Of a stretch of 64,000 nt of DNA, positions 1 to 13,500 are shown in pieces. Position numbers and translations under genes: made by a program. The notes under the pieces are model-generated. The model did no database searches, was not told where the DNA came from, and saw only the letters and a list, made by a program, of their open reading frames with translations. This DNA is from Squalus acanthias (Eukaryota): positions 154,692,001-154,756,000 of the forward strand of contig CM059431.1 in NCBI GenBank assembly GCA_030390025.1, read 5' to 3'. The number at the start of each line of letters is the position of its first letter. The stretch's first letter is position 1.

Positions 1-1382
1 AAGGAAAATATATAATTTCAACGCGGCTAAAATATTAGCTCAGTTATATTGAGGCAGATATGATCAGATAATATCGTGGTGAGGCAATAGAAAGATAGAC
101 AATAGAAGTTTACCATACAAGGTACACAAAGCACACGTGAATGAAAGGAGTGCAGCACAAACTAGAATTACTTGAGCGCGCATAGAAAATGAAATAAAGA
201 ACAGAATTTACAATTGAATGTAGGAGTGTAGGGCTAGTTTTTAAAACAAACGAAGGACGTGTTGGTAATATAGTGATTATATATAATAGATGAATGTGCG
301 CCCGATGACAGAGTTCAGTTAATGATCACATTCCGTATAAACTTCAAAGAAAATAGTTACAACAATAACAGAGCTGCTCAGAGATGAAAAGGGAATGTTT
401 CATATAGATGACGAGGGATTAACTGAAAACTATTAGTACTGCTTCGATGAATGAAAGTGATACTTGGAATGAGTGAAAAACTCATTGAAGTCAATTGAAA
501 AGAAAGTCATACGTGAGTAAAACGGGCCGCCGATTCGATTCAGAGCGTTTGGCCAGGTTGGTCAAAACTGGCCAACACCTTGTGACCCATTATTTATGGT
601 TGTCAACTTGTGCAATCTGAGCTTCTAAAAACCAAGCTGTGCGCTTTCAAAACGATTATTGTCCTTAACAACGAATAATTATTGATTTGATCGGATCCCA
701 TACCTGTAATCTTAAGTTTGTGCTTTGTTTTGCACTTGACCCTTTTCCATCAATCAACTGCTGGTTATAGTGAGAGAAAGTCCAGTCGCCGTGGGTGTCT
801 CAAAGCTGATCCTTTCTATCACTTTCACCTCTTCCAATCCTACAACCTGTAAGATCCAGGCGCTGGTCCAGTTCTGGCCTCTTGTGCATCCCCCATTTTC
901 ATCGCTGCACCATTCCTTCAGCGGTTTAGACCCTAAGCTCTGGAATTCCCTCCAGAATCGAACATGAATCTCTAACTCTCTCTTCTCTTAGACTCTCTTT
1001 AAATCTACTCTCTGACCAAGCTTTGGTCACCTGTCCTAATATCTGCCTCTGAAGCTTGGTGTTACATTCTGTTTGATAACACTTCCTTTGCAACGCTTTG
1101 GGACGTTTTACTGCGCTAGTTCTTGTTCTTTCTTTTTAATTCTCATTGCAGGCACGCCTCCTGTCTGACTAATGGCGTTATTTCCTTTTATTCGCTTATG
1201 GGATCTGGGCGTCGCTGGCAAGGATAGCATTTATTGCTCATCCCTTAATTCTTTGCTGCATTAACTCCCGATTCTGAGCGTTTCATCTCTCTCCTAAGGA
1301 AAGCTAGAAATAGAAAAGACGATTCTTATCCGAGTTTGTACATTACTTCTATATATATGATTGCAATATACATTCTTGTTAG

Positions 1383-1581
1383 GAAATCAGATCCCGAGTT
1401 GAATGTCACCGCAGAAGCGATGCTTCGCAACTCATGTTCGGTACCGTGCTGGAAAAGGGAGCTCGGGGAGAAAGAACAATGTGGAACATATTGCTTCAAC
1501 TGCAGAACACCAAACCCAAGCTGAAAATGACATTGTCAGAGATACAGAACAGATGTACAGCTGGAAAAAGTGAGCTAGGAG
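1383..1581 (+). CDS. NLR exon B1: C-terminal half of a CARD-like module (EIRSRVECHRRSDASQLMFGTVLEKGARGERTMWNILLQLQNTKPKLKMTLSEIQNR...)
   Basis: Acceptor ttcttgttAG and donor GAG|GTTAGT; 199 nt, phase 0 to 1. Length and splice positions are conserved in three copies. Confidence 0.75.
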
Positions 1582-4500
1582 GTTAGTGGTATCCAAATTT
1601 AATTCTCCGTTAGAATAACAACTTTTTATTTAAGATGAGACCTATTTTTTACTCGTTTATGTGATGTGGGCGTCGCTACCAAGGCCAGCATTTATTACCC
1701 ATCCCTAGTTACCCTTGAGAAGGTGGTGGTTCGCCGCATTCCTGAAACGCTGCAGTCCATGTGTTGAAGGTTCTCCCACCATGCTGTTGGGGAGGCAGTG
1801 CCATGCGACAATGAATGAACGGCGGTATCCTGCCAAGAGAGGATGGTGTGTGTCTTGAAGGGGAACTTGGAAGCGTTCGTGTTCCCAAGCGTCTGATACT
1901 CTTGCCCTTCTACTTGGTAGAGCTCGTGGGTTTCGGAGGTACTCGCGAAGAAGCCTTGACGAGTTCCTGCAGTACATTTTGTAGATGGTCCACTCTGCAG
2001 CCACTGTGTGGCAGTGGGGAAGGGACTGGATGCTACTAATTTATACAGGCTTGTGTGAGTTTTATACTCGATTCCTTGAACGAACTTATAAATTTCGGCT
2101 TGGCAGAGCTCCACTAATCCTATGCAAATTCACCTTTTTTTCCACGGATCCGTGATACCCTCATTAACTGAACTACTTTGATTCCTTAAAGCACATTGAT
2201 CATTTGTGAAAGGCTCCTACTCATCCTCAAATCTCTCGCCTATCTTATCTCTGACGTCGTCTTCACATCCCGTCTTTTGCACTCCAGTCCCTCCTCTCCC
2301 TTGCTGTGCTCTCCATTGTACCAGTTCATCAGCTCCGAACTCCAGACATACAACTCAGCCTCACCGAATGGAACTCAACTCATATGAGCTTCAAACTCTG
2401 TAGTTCTTACTTATTTAAACAACGACCAGACTTAGCCAGGACTGGGTTGTTTCTTTTAACTCCAGCAGAACAGTCAGCGTTAATTCTGAATACAACCTCT
2501 GAAAGGAACCACTAACAGTGTTCACTGCTTGAAATACTCTCGAAAGAACTTCTGTCGCGATAGCCGTTAGTTCAGAGTATTCACTTGTTCCATAGCATTT
2601 ATGTTAATCTGTTCTCATTTACACCTTCACAGAAAATGCAGATAATGAAATATTACCAACGTTGGCGAACTACACGGATTTCCAGCTGCGCAGAGTTATC
2701 GGTTGCTACCGTCAGAGACTAGAACAGTCAATTGAAGAGGTAGTGGAGGCCGTTAGTCAGTCGCTTGTAGATGCAAACATGCTTACTGAAACAAATGTTA
2801 AGGTATGTTTAATCTATGTTAGAATCGTAAAGTTTTAAATGAGTCAAACGATTGACTGTTTATAGTCATAGAATCAGAGAGTCTGGCCCAGAAATTGGAG
2901 TTCGATGGTTGCCGCGGGGTTAAGGCTCCCCCGCGATATCACACTCCGCGCCTACTTTTATAGTTTTGGCCCACACGAACTTCAGTTCCTGGGCCTCTCC
3001 CTGGTGCCGGCGCGCAGTGTGTGCGTGTCCCAGAGGCGCAGCTAATTCGATGCGACCTCTGGGATCACGTGGGCCAGTTAGAACCAATGGCAGCACACCA
3101 TCTTTCATTCATAGTTTTGACAGCAAGAGCTGTCAAAACTATGAATACAACAAGCCCCCAAAAGAACAGCTAAAACTCAATTAAATTTAAAAAAAGCCTT
3201 CACATTAATAAAATAACTATAGTTAAATAAATTAACCACTTTAAAAAAAAATTAAATTTTAAAAAAATTTTTAAATTCTTTGTAAACGTTATAAAAATAA
3301 ACTTACCTTTCTTTATAGTCTCTAAAAAAGATAAAGCTGTTGAATTTTTTTTAAATAATACTTAATTAACTAATTACCTTGTTAAAAGGGGGTCTTACGC
3401 CTGCTTTCTTTATGTGTGAAATATTCAACACTTAACTGCGCTTTCAAATCAGAAAAAAAAACTAAGTGCGCTGCGTGCGCACAACCTGTAGCACGCACCC
3501 GGTTCACTTAGGAAACGCCCCCTTCGCAATACCCGAAGTGCCGGTTTCCCGCGCATGCGCAATGCATGCATCAAACCGGCAATTCGGGACCAAATACGTG
3601 AGAGTACACAGTGCGTACTCACCCGCATTAGGTCTAATTTTCGGGCCATTGAGTTGACAACACGGAAAGAGGCCCTACGGCCCATCGTGTCCGGCGCCGA
3701 ATATCAAGCCCTGTCTATTCTGATCCCATTTTGCAGCACTTGGTCCGTATCCTTGTATGCTTTGGCGTTTCAAGTGCTCATCTAAATGCTTCTTGAAAGT
3801 TGTGAAGGCTCCTGCCTCTACCACCCTTTCAGGCAGTGAGTTCCAGATTCCATCCACCCTCTGGGTGAAAAAGTTTTTCCTCAAATCCCCTCTAAACCTC
3901 CTGCCCCTTTCCTTGAAACTGTGCCCGCTTGTTACTGACCCCTCGACTAAGGGAAAAAGTTCATTTCTACCTACCCTATCTATGTCCCTCATAATTTTGT
4001 GCACCTCCATCAGGTCCCCCCTCAGCCTTCTCTGCTATAAGGAAAACAACCCCAGCCTGTCCAGTCTCTCTTCTTAGCTGTAGCGCTGCTACGCAGGTAA
4101 TATCCTGGTGAATCTCCTCTGCACCCTCTCCAATGCAATCACATCCTTCCTATAGTGTGGCCACCAGAACTGCACACAGCATTCCAGCTGTGGCCTAACT
4201 AGCGTTTTGTACAGATCCATCATAACCTCCCTGCTGTTATATTCTATGCCTTGTCTAACGAAGGCAAGTATCCCATATTTCTTCTTAACCAGCTTATCTA
4301 CCTGTCCTGCTGCATTGAGGGATCTATATACATGCACACGAAGTTCCTTCTGATCCTTTGTAATTCCTAAGGTCCTACCATACATTGTCTATTCCCTTGC
4401 CTTTTCAGTCCTCCCAAAATGCATCACCTCACACTTTTCAGGGTTAAATTCCACTGTTCTGCCCATCTGACCAACCCGTCTATATCGTGATGTAGCCTAA

Positions 4501-7500
4501 GTCTTCCCTCCTCCCTATTTACCATGCCACCAATTTTCGTGTCATCAGCGAACTTACTGATCATACCTCCTACATTCATATCTAAATCATTAATGTACAC
4601 TACAAACAGCAAAGGACCCAGCACCTATCCCTGCGGTACACCACTGGGCACAGGCTTCCAGTCTCAAAAACAACCTTCGACCATCACCCTCTGCCTCCTT
4701 CCACGAAGCCAATTTTGGTTTAAATGTGCCCAGTTGCCCTGGATCCCACGGGCTCTTACCTTCTTGATCAGGCTCCAATGCGGGACTGTTTCAAAGCCTT
4801 ACTGAAGTCCATGTAGCCACATCAACTGCACTACCTTCATCCACACACATAGTCACCCCCTCGAAAATCTAATCAAATTGATCAGACATCATCTCCCCCT
4901 GAATGATCCATGCTGACTATCCTTGATTTTTCCTTGCCTCTTCAAGTGGAGACTAATACTGTTCCTCCGAATTTTTTCCAATAATTTCCATACAACTGAT
5001 GTTAGGCTCACTAGACTATAATTACCTGGTTAATCCCTACTACCCTTCTTGAATAATGGTACTACGTTAGCTGTTCTCGAGTCCTCTGGCACATCTCCTG
5101 TGGCCAGAGAGGTTCTGAAAATTTGTGTCATAGCTCCTGCAATCTCCTCCCTTGCCTCACACAGCAGCCTGTGATACATCTCGTCTGGGCCTGGGGATTT
5201 ATCCACTTCTAAGCCAGCTAAAACCGCTAGTACCTCCTCCATCTAAAAACTAATTTGATAAGTATATCACAATCCCCCTGTCTGATTAATATGACTACAT
5301 CGTCCTTCTCCATAGTGAACACAGATTCAAAACATTCATTTAAAACACCACCTACATCTTCTGGCTCGACACACGGATTGCCTCTTTGGTCCCTAATGGG
5401 CCCTACTCTTTCCCTGGTAATCCTCTTGCCCTTAATATATATATAACACACCTTAGGATTTTCCTTTATTTTGCCCGCCAGTGTTAATTCATGCACCCTC
5501 TTCACTCTGCTAATTTCTTTTTTTCAGTACCCACCTGCTCTTTCTATACTCCTCTAGGGCTTCCACTGTTATTAGACATTTGTATCTGCCAAAATACTTC
5601 CTTTTTTCCGACTCCATTCTCGTATATCCCTTGACATCCACAGTTCCCTTGGCTTGTTGGTCCCACCCTTGACCTTTACGGGAACATGTTGCCGTTGTAC
5701 TCTCTCGATTTCCTTTCTGAAAGAATCCCACTGCTCTGATGTGGATTTTCCTACAAGTAGCTGATCCCAGTCCACTTCGGCCAGATCCTGCATTATCATA
5801 TTAAAATCGGCCTTCCCCCAATTTAGAACATTTATTTCCAGTTATCTTTGTCCTTTTCCATGACTGCCTTAAATCTCACCGAATTATGGACACTATCACC
5901 AAAATGCTCTCCTACTAACAGTTCCACCACTTACCCGGCTACATTTCCTAAAATTAGTTCCAGTATCGCCCCCTCTCTTGTAGGACTTTCTACATGCTTG
6001 CTCAAAAAGCTGTCATGGAAGCAGTTTAAGAATTTCGCGCCCTCTAAGCCTTTCACACTCTCACTATCCCAGTTTATATTGGGGACGTTGAAATCTCCTA
6101 CTATTTGTACCTATTATTTCTACACTTCTCTGAGATTTGCCCACATATCTATTCCTCTATCTCCCCTGACTGTTTGGGGGACTATGGTACACTCCCAGCA
6201 AAGTGCTTGCCCCCTTTTTGTTTTTAAGTTCTACCCATACGGCCTCATTAGAGGAACGTGCTAAGATATCATCCCTCCTTAAAGCAGTAATTGACTCCTT
6301 GATTAATATTGCGACACCCACTCCTCTTTTTCACCCCCCTCTGTCTCGCCTGAAGATTCTATACCCCGGAATATTGAGCTGCCAGTCCTGCCCCTCCATC
6401 AACCATCTCTCTGTGAAAGCAACAACATAATACTCCCATGTGTTCATCAACACATTCAATTCATCTACCTGACTCGCAAGACTACTTGCATTATTGGTTT
6501 GAATCAAAAGAGTAAGACTACTTGCATTTAAATAAATGCCATCTAGCCTTGCCATACTCCATTGTGCCGTTATATAATTGATCTGCCTATCAGGCTGACT
6601 TGCTTTTTCCTCAAAAGTTGGCTGTGCATCACCCCCTATTAACCTTCCACTCCGTATCCCATCCTTATGCCAAGTTATTTTAAAACCCCGCAACATTATT
6701 GCAAATCTCCCCGCAATGATGTTGGTCCCGTTCCGGTTAAAGTGTAACCCGTCCGACTTGTTCAGGCCACACCTTCCCCATAAGCAGACCCAGTGATTCA
6801 GGAAATTAAAGCGCTCCGTCGTGCACCAACCCTTTAGCCACACATTCATCTGCTCTATCCTCCTATTCCTATATTCACTAGCACGTGGCACCGGGAGTAA
6901 TCCAGAGATTACTACCTTTGATGTCATGCTTTTTAAATCTGCTACCTAGCTCCCTAAATTCTTTTTGCAGAACCTCATCCATCTTTCTACCAACGTCGTT
7001 GGTACCAATGTGAACCAGGACCTCTGACAGTTCGCCTTCCCCCATCAGAATGCCCTGCAGACGTTCAGTGACATTCTTGACCCTGGTAACAGGGAGGCAA
7101 CATACCATCCTGGAGTCACGTCTGTGGCCAGAGAAACGTCTGTCTGTTCCCCTAAGGATAGAATCCCCTATCACTATTGCTCTCCCACTCTTTTTCCTCC
7201 CCTCCTGTGCAGCTGATCCACTCGTAGTGCCACCGACTTGCCTCCTGCTGCATTCTCCTGTGAAACCATCTCCCCCATCAGTATCCCAAACGGACCATCT
7301 GTCGGACAGGGAGATGAACCCAGGGGACTTCTGCACTACCTTCCTAGTTATTTTACTATGTCTGATGGTCACCCATTCCCTACCTGCCTGTGCACTCTTT
7401 ACCTGCGGTGTGACCACCTTGTTAAACGTGCTATCCACGAAGATCTCAGCTTCGCGGATTCTCCACAGTGACTCCAGCCGCAGCTCCAGCTCCGAAACGC

Positions 7501-10500
7501 GGATTTCGAGAAGCTGCAGCTGGAGATACTTCATGCACATGTGCTCGCCCTGGGCACCTAATGTGTCCCTGACTTCCAACATAGCTCAGGAGGAGAACTC
7601 CACGCTGTTTTGTCAGAGATTATTCTGTGCAAACCAACGATATAAGCAGTATATTACGCTGTAATATTTTAACTTCAGTAGACAATCTGAAATTAATGTC
7701 CTGTCTCAGTGATTTGAAATACTGTTCTGTGATATCTCTGTTAAATTAATTTTTCATGAATTGTCAATGCATGCATTCATAATAAGAGAACAGTACCTCA
7801 TGGACGAACCGTGCTTTTTTAATAGCTGCCTTCTGTGCCCAAGTATCGTCAGCTGGTTCATCTATGACCTTCCTTCAAAAGGTCAGAGTTGGGGCTAGTC
7901 GCTAATAATTGCACAATGTTTAGTTCCGTTCGCAATTCCTCAGAAAATTAAGCAGTCCATGCCAGCACGCAGCATGACCCGGACAACATCCAGGTTTGGG
8001 GCGATAAGTGACAGGTAATATTTATGCCACGTAAGTTTCAGGTGCTGGCTACATGCAACTAGAGAAAGTCTAACCCATTACCATTGACATTCAATGGCTT
8101 TACCATCGGCGTTCTACCACCATGTGTGTCCCGGTGATCACCACTAAAATCAGCTCTGAGAATTTAAAGCCAAACCTCTTGCAGTTAACGTTATTCCAGT
8201 AGTCAAGCCCCTCGAAATGAGTAATTGAATAAGACAAAACATGCAGCGCAAGCAACACACATCATCATTACAGCCCAATGGACAACCAGGTGCTAAGTCA
8301 AAACTGTTATAATCACATAATTCAAATCTCATGTGAATAACTGACACATACGAACTTAACAGTATGACATTTCCTACGATCACGGCCGAGATGCTCTTCC
8401 CATTCTCCATCAAAACGGCCGAGCCTTTCGAATTGGATTGAGCAATTGCCGGTGGCGCGGACTGAACAATTTCTGCTGAACATATCCAATTGGTTTCTTC
8501 CATTCTACTTCTTGGTAAGTCCCACCCCCACCTCGGCCCAAAACTCAGGGACGTCAACACTCCTAGCATCTCCCGAGGCCACATCCTCTCACTTCAGTAA
8601 TGCCATAATGTCGCATTTCATAAAATAAACCCCAGTCTAATCGATGATGTTTATCTGCTCCCTTTCTCCAATACGTCCTCACTAATGTAACACAAATGTA
8701 AAGAGACATAGTACTGTGAATAAAGCTGGGAGGTTCAAGGTACAGTTTGTCTGAGGGTATGATGTAATGATTTGATCGATGTGGGTTATAAAAGGGCAGG
8801 ATTGGGAGATTAATTGTGCCCTGTTACCTGAAGATCATGTTAACTTAAGTTGTATGCAAATAGGGAGCATTCATTAATAACAGTTTCAGTTGCAGAATTG
8901 GATCTTCAGGAATGATATTATGAATTATTCAATATAGAAATCTCTAAGTTTGGGGTAACACCATCATAACATGACTCTTTGTTATAAGGCGATCGTTTTC
9001 TTACACAAAATAATGGAAAAGTGATGGAAGAAGAGTTATATAGACAAATTGGAGATAATGCAGCAATGACAGTAACAGTGATTGGTGACTGTAAATATTC
9101 AAAGTACAGATGTAATCTAACTGGGGAAAGGAGGCCTTGGTGTTTAAAGCTTGTGTAGGACATTATTCAGCTGGCTACAATTTTGGACGACAGGAAAGGA
9201 TTGAGCATTTCATTCATTTCTAGAAATGGGCAGGGGCTAGTCTGTGAGGTAAAGGTAGTGAAACATCTACCAATGTTATCGTTTATATGTTCATATGTTA
9301 GTATTCATATGAATTATAAAATGTTTCGTTACAATCAAACAATAATTATGTTAAAGGAATAAATCTAATGTCAACGAGGCTGACGTATTAGCTCAGTTAT
9401 ATTGAGGCGGATATTATCAAATAATATCGTGGGTAGGAAATAAGAAGATAGACAATGTAGGATTCCCATACAAGATACAGAAATCACACGGGGAATGAAA
9501 GCAGTGCAGGACAGTCAATAATTACTTGAGCTTGCAGAGATAATGAAATAAACAATAGATTTAAAATTGAATGTACGAGTGTTTGGCTAGTTATATAAAA
9601 CAAATGAAGGAAGCCTGGGTAATATAGTGAACATTTAATCGATGAATCAGTGGCCGGTGACAGAGTTCGAGACAATGATCATATGCCAAAGACACTTCAA
9701 TGAAAAAAGTTAAACAAAGAGAAGAGCTGTGTAGAGATGAAATGGGAATGGTTCATATAGAGGACGTAGGATTCACTGAAAAGCTATTGGTACTGTTTCG
9801 ATGAATTAACGTGATACTTGGAATGAATGAAAAACTCATTGAAGTCAATGGAAATGAAAGTCAGACGAGAGTAAAACTGGGATGCAAATTCGCTTCAGCG
9901 CGTTTGACCCAATTGGCCAACACCGGCCAACACCTTGTGACCAATTTTTATGGGTGTCAACTTGTGCAATCTGAGTTTCTAAAAATCTAACTGTGAGCTT
10001 TGAAAAATATTAAGTTGCTCCACTACCAATAATTATTGGTTTTGATCATATCCTCTATCTGTAACCGTAGCTTTGTGCTTTGATTTTCCACTTTACCCTT
10101 TTCCATCAATCAGTTCCTGGTTATAATGAGAGAAAGACCAGTTGCCCTGGGTGTCTCAAAGCTGCTACTTTCTATCTCAGTAACCTCTTCCAATCCTACA
10201 ACCTGTCAAGATTCAGACGCTGGGCTAATTCTTACCTCTTGTGCATTCCCCTTTTTCCATCGCTCCACCATTAAAGGCCTTGCCTTAAGCGGTTTAGACC
10301 CTAAGCTCCTGAATTCCCTCCCCAAACCACTATGAATCTCTAACTCTCTCTTCTCTTAGACTCTCTTTAAATCTACTCTCTGACCAAGCTTTGGTCACCT
10401 GTCCTAATATCTTCCTCTGATGCTTGGTGTTACATTTTGTTTGATAACACTCCCTTTGCCACGCTTTGGGACGTTTTACTACGCTAGTTGTTGTTGTTTC

Positions 10501-13500
10501 TACTTAATTATCATTGCAGGCGCTCCTCCTGTCTGACAAATGGCATATCTTCCATTTATTCGCTTATGGAATGTTGGCGTCGCTGGCAAGGACAGCATTT
10601 ATTGACCATCCCTTAATTGTTTTCTGCATTAACTCCCAATTCTGAGCGTTTAATCTCTCTCCTGAGGAAAGCTAGAAATAGAAAAGACGCTTCCTTTCCG
10701 AGTTTGTACATTACTTCTCTATGTATGATTGCAATATACATTCTTGTTAGGAAATCAGAAACCTAGCTGAATGTCACCGCAGAAGCGATGCATCACAACT
10801 TATTTTCGATTCCGTGCTGGAAAAGGGAGCTCGGGGAGAAAGAACAATGTGGAACATATTGCTTCAACTGCAGAACACCAAACCCAAGCTGAAAATGACA
10901 TTGTCAGAGATGCAGAATAGAAATACAGAGGGAGAAAGTGATCTAGAAGGTTAGTGCTATCCAAATCTAATTTTCCGTTAGAATAACAAAGTTTCATTTA
11001 AGGTGAGAATTTTATTTTATTCTTTTAAGGGATGTGGGCGTCACTGGCAAGGCCAGCATACATTGTCCATCCCTCGTTGCACTTTCGAAACTGTTGGGTA
11101 GCCACTTTCTGAAACGCAGCAGTCGATGTGGTGAAGGTACTCCCACAATACTGTTGGGGAAGGAGTGCCATGAGTTTGACACAGCGACAATGAAGGAAAC
11201 GCGATATACTTTAAAGTTAGGATGGTGTGTGAGTTGGAGGGGAAAATGGAAGTAGTGGTGTTCCCAGGCGCCTGCTGCTCTTGTCCTTCTCGGCGGTAGA
11301 TCTCGTGGATTTGGGAGGTGCCGTCGAAGAAGAGTTGAATGAGTTGCCGCAGTGCATCTTGCAGATGTAACACTCTGCAGCCACGGTGTGGCAGTGGGGA
11401 AGGGACTGAATGGTACAAATTAATTCATGCTTGTATGAGTTTTATACTCGATTTCTTAAATGAACTTTGGCACTGCCCGTTATCATATGCAGCTTGGACA
11501 GCGACCTCTATTCCTGTTCAAATTCAGCCTTAGTTCCGTGATGCCCACATTAACTGACCTACTTTGATATCTTGTCCCATATTGATCAATTGTGAAATGC
11601 TGCTGCTCATCCTAAAAGCCCTCCCCAACTTTATCTCTAAAGTCGTCTTCACATCGCCTCTTTTACACTTCTGTCCGTCGTCTCCCCTTGCTGTAATCTC
11701 CAGTGTACCAGTTCATCTGCTCCGGACTCCAGACATAGAACGCATTCACACCGACTGGAACTCTGTTCCTATGAGCTTCCATCTCTGTACGTCTTACTTA
11801 TGTTAAGCATCGACCACATGTTGCAAGGCCTGGTTCGTTTTCTTAACTCCAGCAAAGCCAGTCTGCGTTAATTCTGACTTCAACCTGTGTAAGGCTCCAC
11901 TGGCAGTGTCACCGCTAAACAACTGCTGTCGCGATAGCAGTTAGTTCAGAGTATTCACTGTTTCATAGCGGAAATTTAAGTCAATCTGTTCTCATTTACA
12001 CCTTCAAAGAAAATGCAGTTTCTGAACTATCACTAACGTTGGCGAGCTACACGGATTTTCAGCTGCGCAGAGTTATCGTTTGCTACCGGCAGAGAATAGA
12101 ACAGTCAATTGAAGAATTCGTGGAGGCCGTTAGTCAGTCGCTTGCAGATACAAACGTAATTACTAAAACAGATCATAAGGTATGTTTCATATATGTTCCA
12201 ATCGTATGTGTGTTAAATGAGTCAAACTATTGACTGTTTAGACAGACTGTGTTTGCTGCAACCCACCTATATTAGCGGTACTTTACGCTGCACTTTACTA
12301 ACTGAAGTGCCAGTGTAATCAACATTTGAAGTACCCTTCAGAGATATCTCTCAGTTAATTTATTTTTTCAGGAATTTTCATTGAATGTATTCATAATAAG
12401 TGAAGTTTCTCATGAACAAACCGTGATTTTTTAAAGGTAGCCTTCTTGGCCCAATTATCGTCAATTACAATAATCTTCCTTCAAAAGCTCAGAGTTGGGG
12501 CTGTTCGCTGATGATTGTACGGTGTTTAGTTCCTTTCGCAAATCCTCAGAAAATGAAGCAGTCGATGCCCACACGCAGCATGACCTAGACAACACCCATA
12601 TTTAGACCGATAAGGGGCAGCTAACATTTATAGATACATAGATACATAGAAGATAGGAGCAGGAGTAGGCCATCCGGCCCTTCGAGCCTGCTCCGCCATT
12701 TAATGAGATCATGGCTGATCCTCCAATTCAGTATCCCGTCCCCGCCTTCTCTCCGTAACCCTTAACCCCTTTTGCCTGTAGAAATATATCTAATTCCCTC
12801 TTAAATATATTTAATGAGCTGGCGTACACTGCCCTCTGTGGCAATGAGTTCCACAGGTTCACCACCCTCTGAGTGAAGAAATTCCCCCTCATTTCTGTCC
12901 TAAATGGTTTAGCCCTTATCCTTAAATTATGTCCTCTAGTTCTGTTCTCACCCGCCAAGGGAAACTTTCCTTCTGCATCTAGTCTGTCTAGACCTGTCAG
13001 AATTTTATACACTTCTATGAGGTCCCCTCTCAATCTTCTAAACTCCAGTGTGTACATCCCTAAACTACATAGTCTCTCCTCATAGGTCAATCCCGCCATT
13101 CCTGGTATCAGCCTGGTGAATCGCCGCTGCACCCCCTCCATGGCAAGAACATCTTTCCTCAGATGAGGCGACCAAAACTGTACACAGTACTCGAGGTGTG
13201 GTCTCACCAGTGCCCTGTACAGCTGCAGCAAGGTATCCCTGTTCCTGTATTCCAACCCTTTTGCTATGAAGGCCAGCATACCGTTTGCCTTCTTGACTGC
13301 CTGTTGCACCTGCATGCTCGCCTTCAGTGACTGGTGTACAAGAACACCCAGGTCTCTCTGTACTTCCCCCTCTCCCAATTTATTGCCATTTAAATAATAA
13401 TTTGCCCTCCCGTTCCTGCACCCAAGGTGGATAACTTCGCACTTGTCCACATTATAGTGCATCTGCCATTTATCCGCCCAATCACCCAGTCTGTCCAAAT

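Noticed and set aside
6331..7582. Host SGNH esterase/lipase gene (also at 26705-27658)
   Set aside because: These are frameshifted CR1 ORF1 esterase domains directly upstream of ORF2.
8150..8628. Extra conserved exon or antisense gene in the duplicated unit (also at ~16010-16480)
   Set aside because: The reading frame and the candidate GT donor are not conserved between copies (ttggtaagt vs ttgctaagt); it looks like an ancient CR1 remnant.
9845..9865. IRF-binding motif (GGAAATGAAAGT) in an NLR intron
   Set aside because: Short, in AT-rich decayed LINE sequence, and not conserved in the other two units.
10800..10997. Repeated minus-strand ORF family (also 18518..18844)
   Set aside because: Antisense shadow of the + strand B exons, with no independent coding signal.
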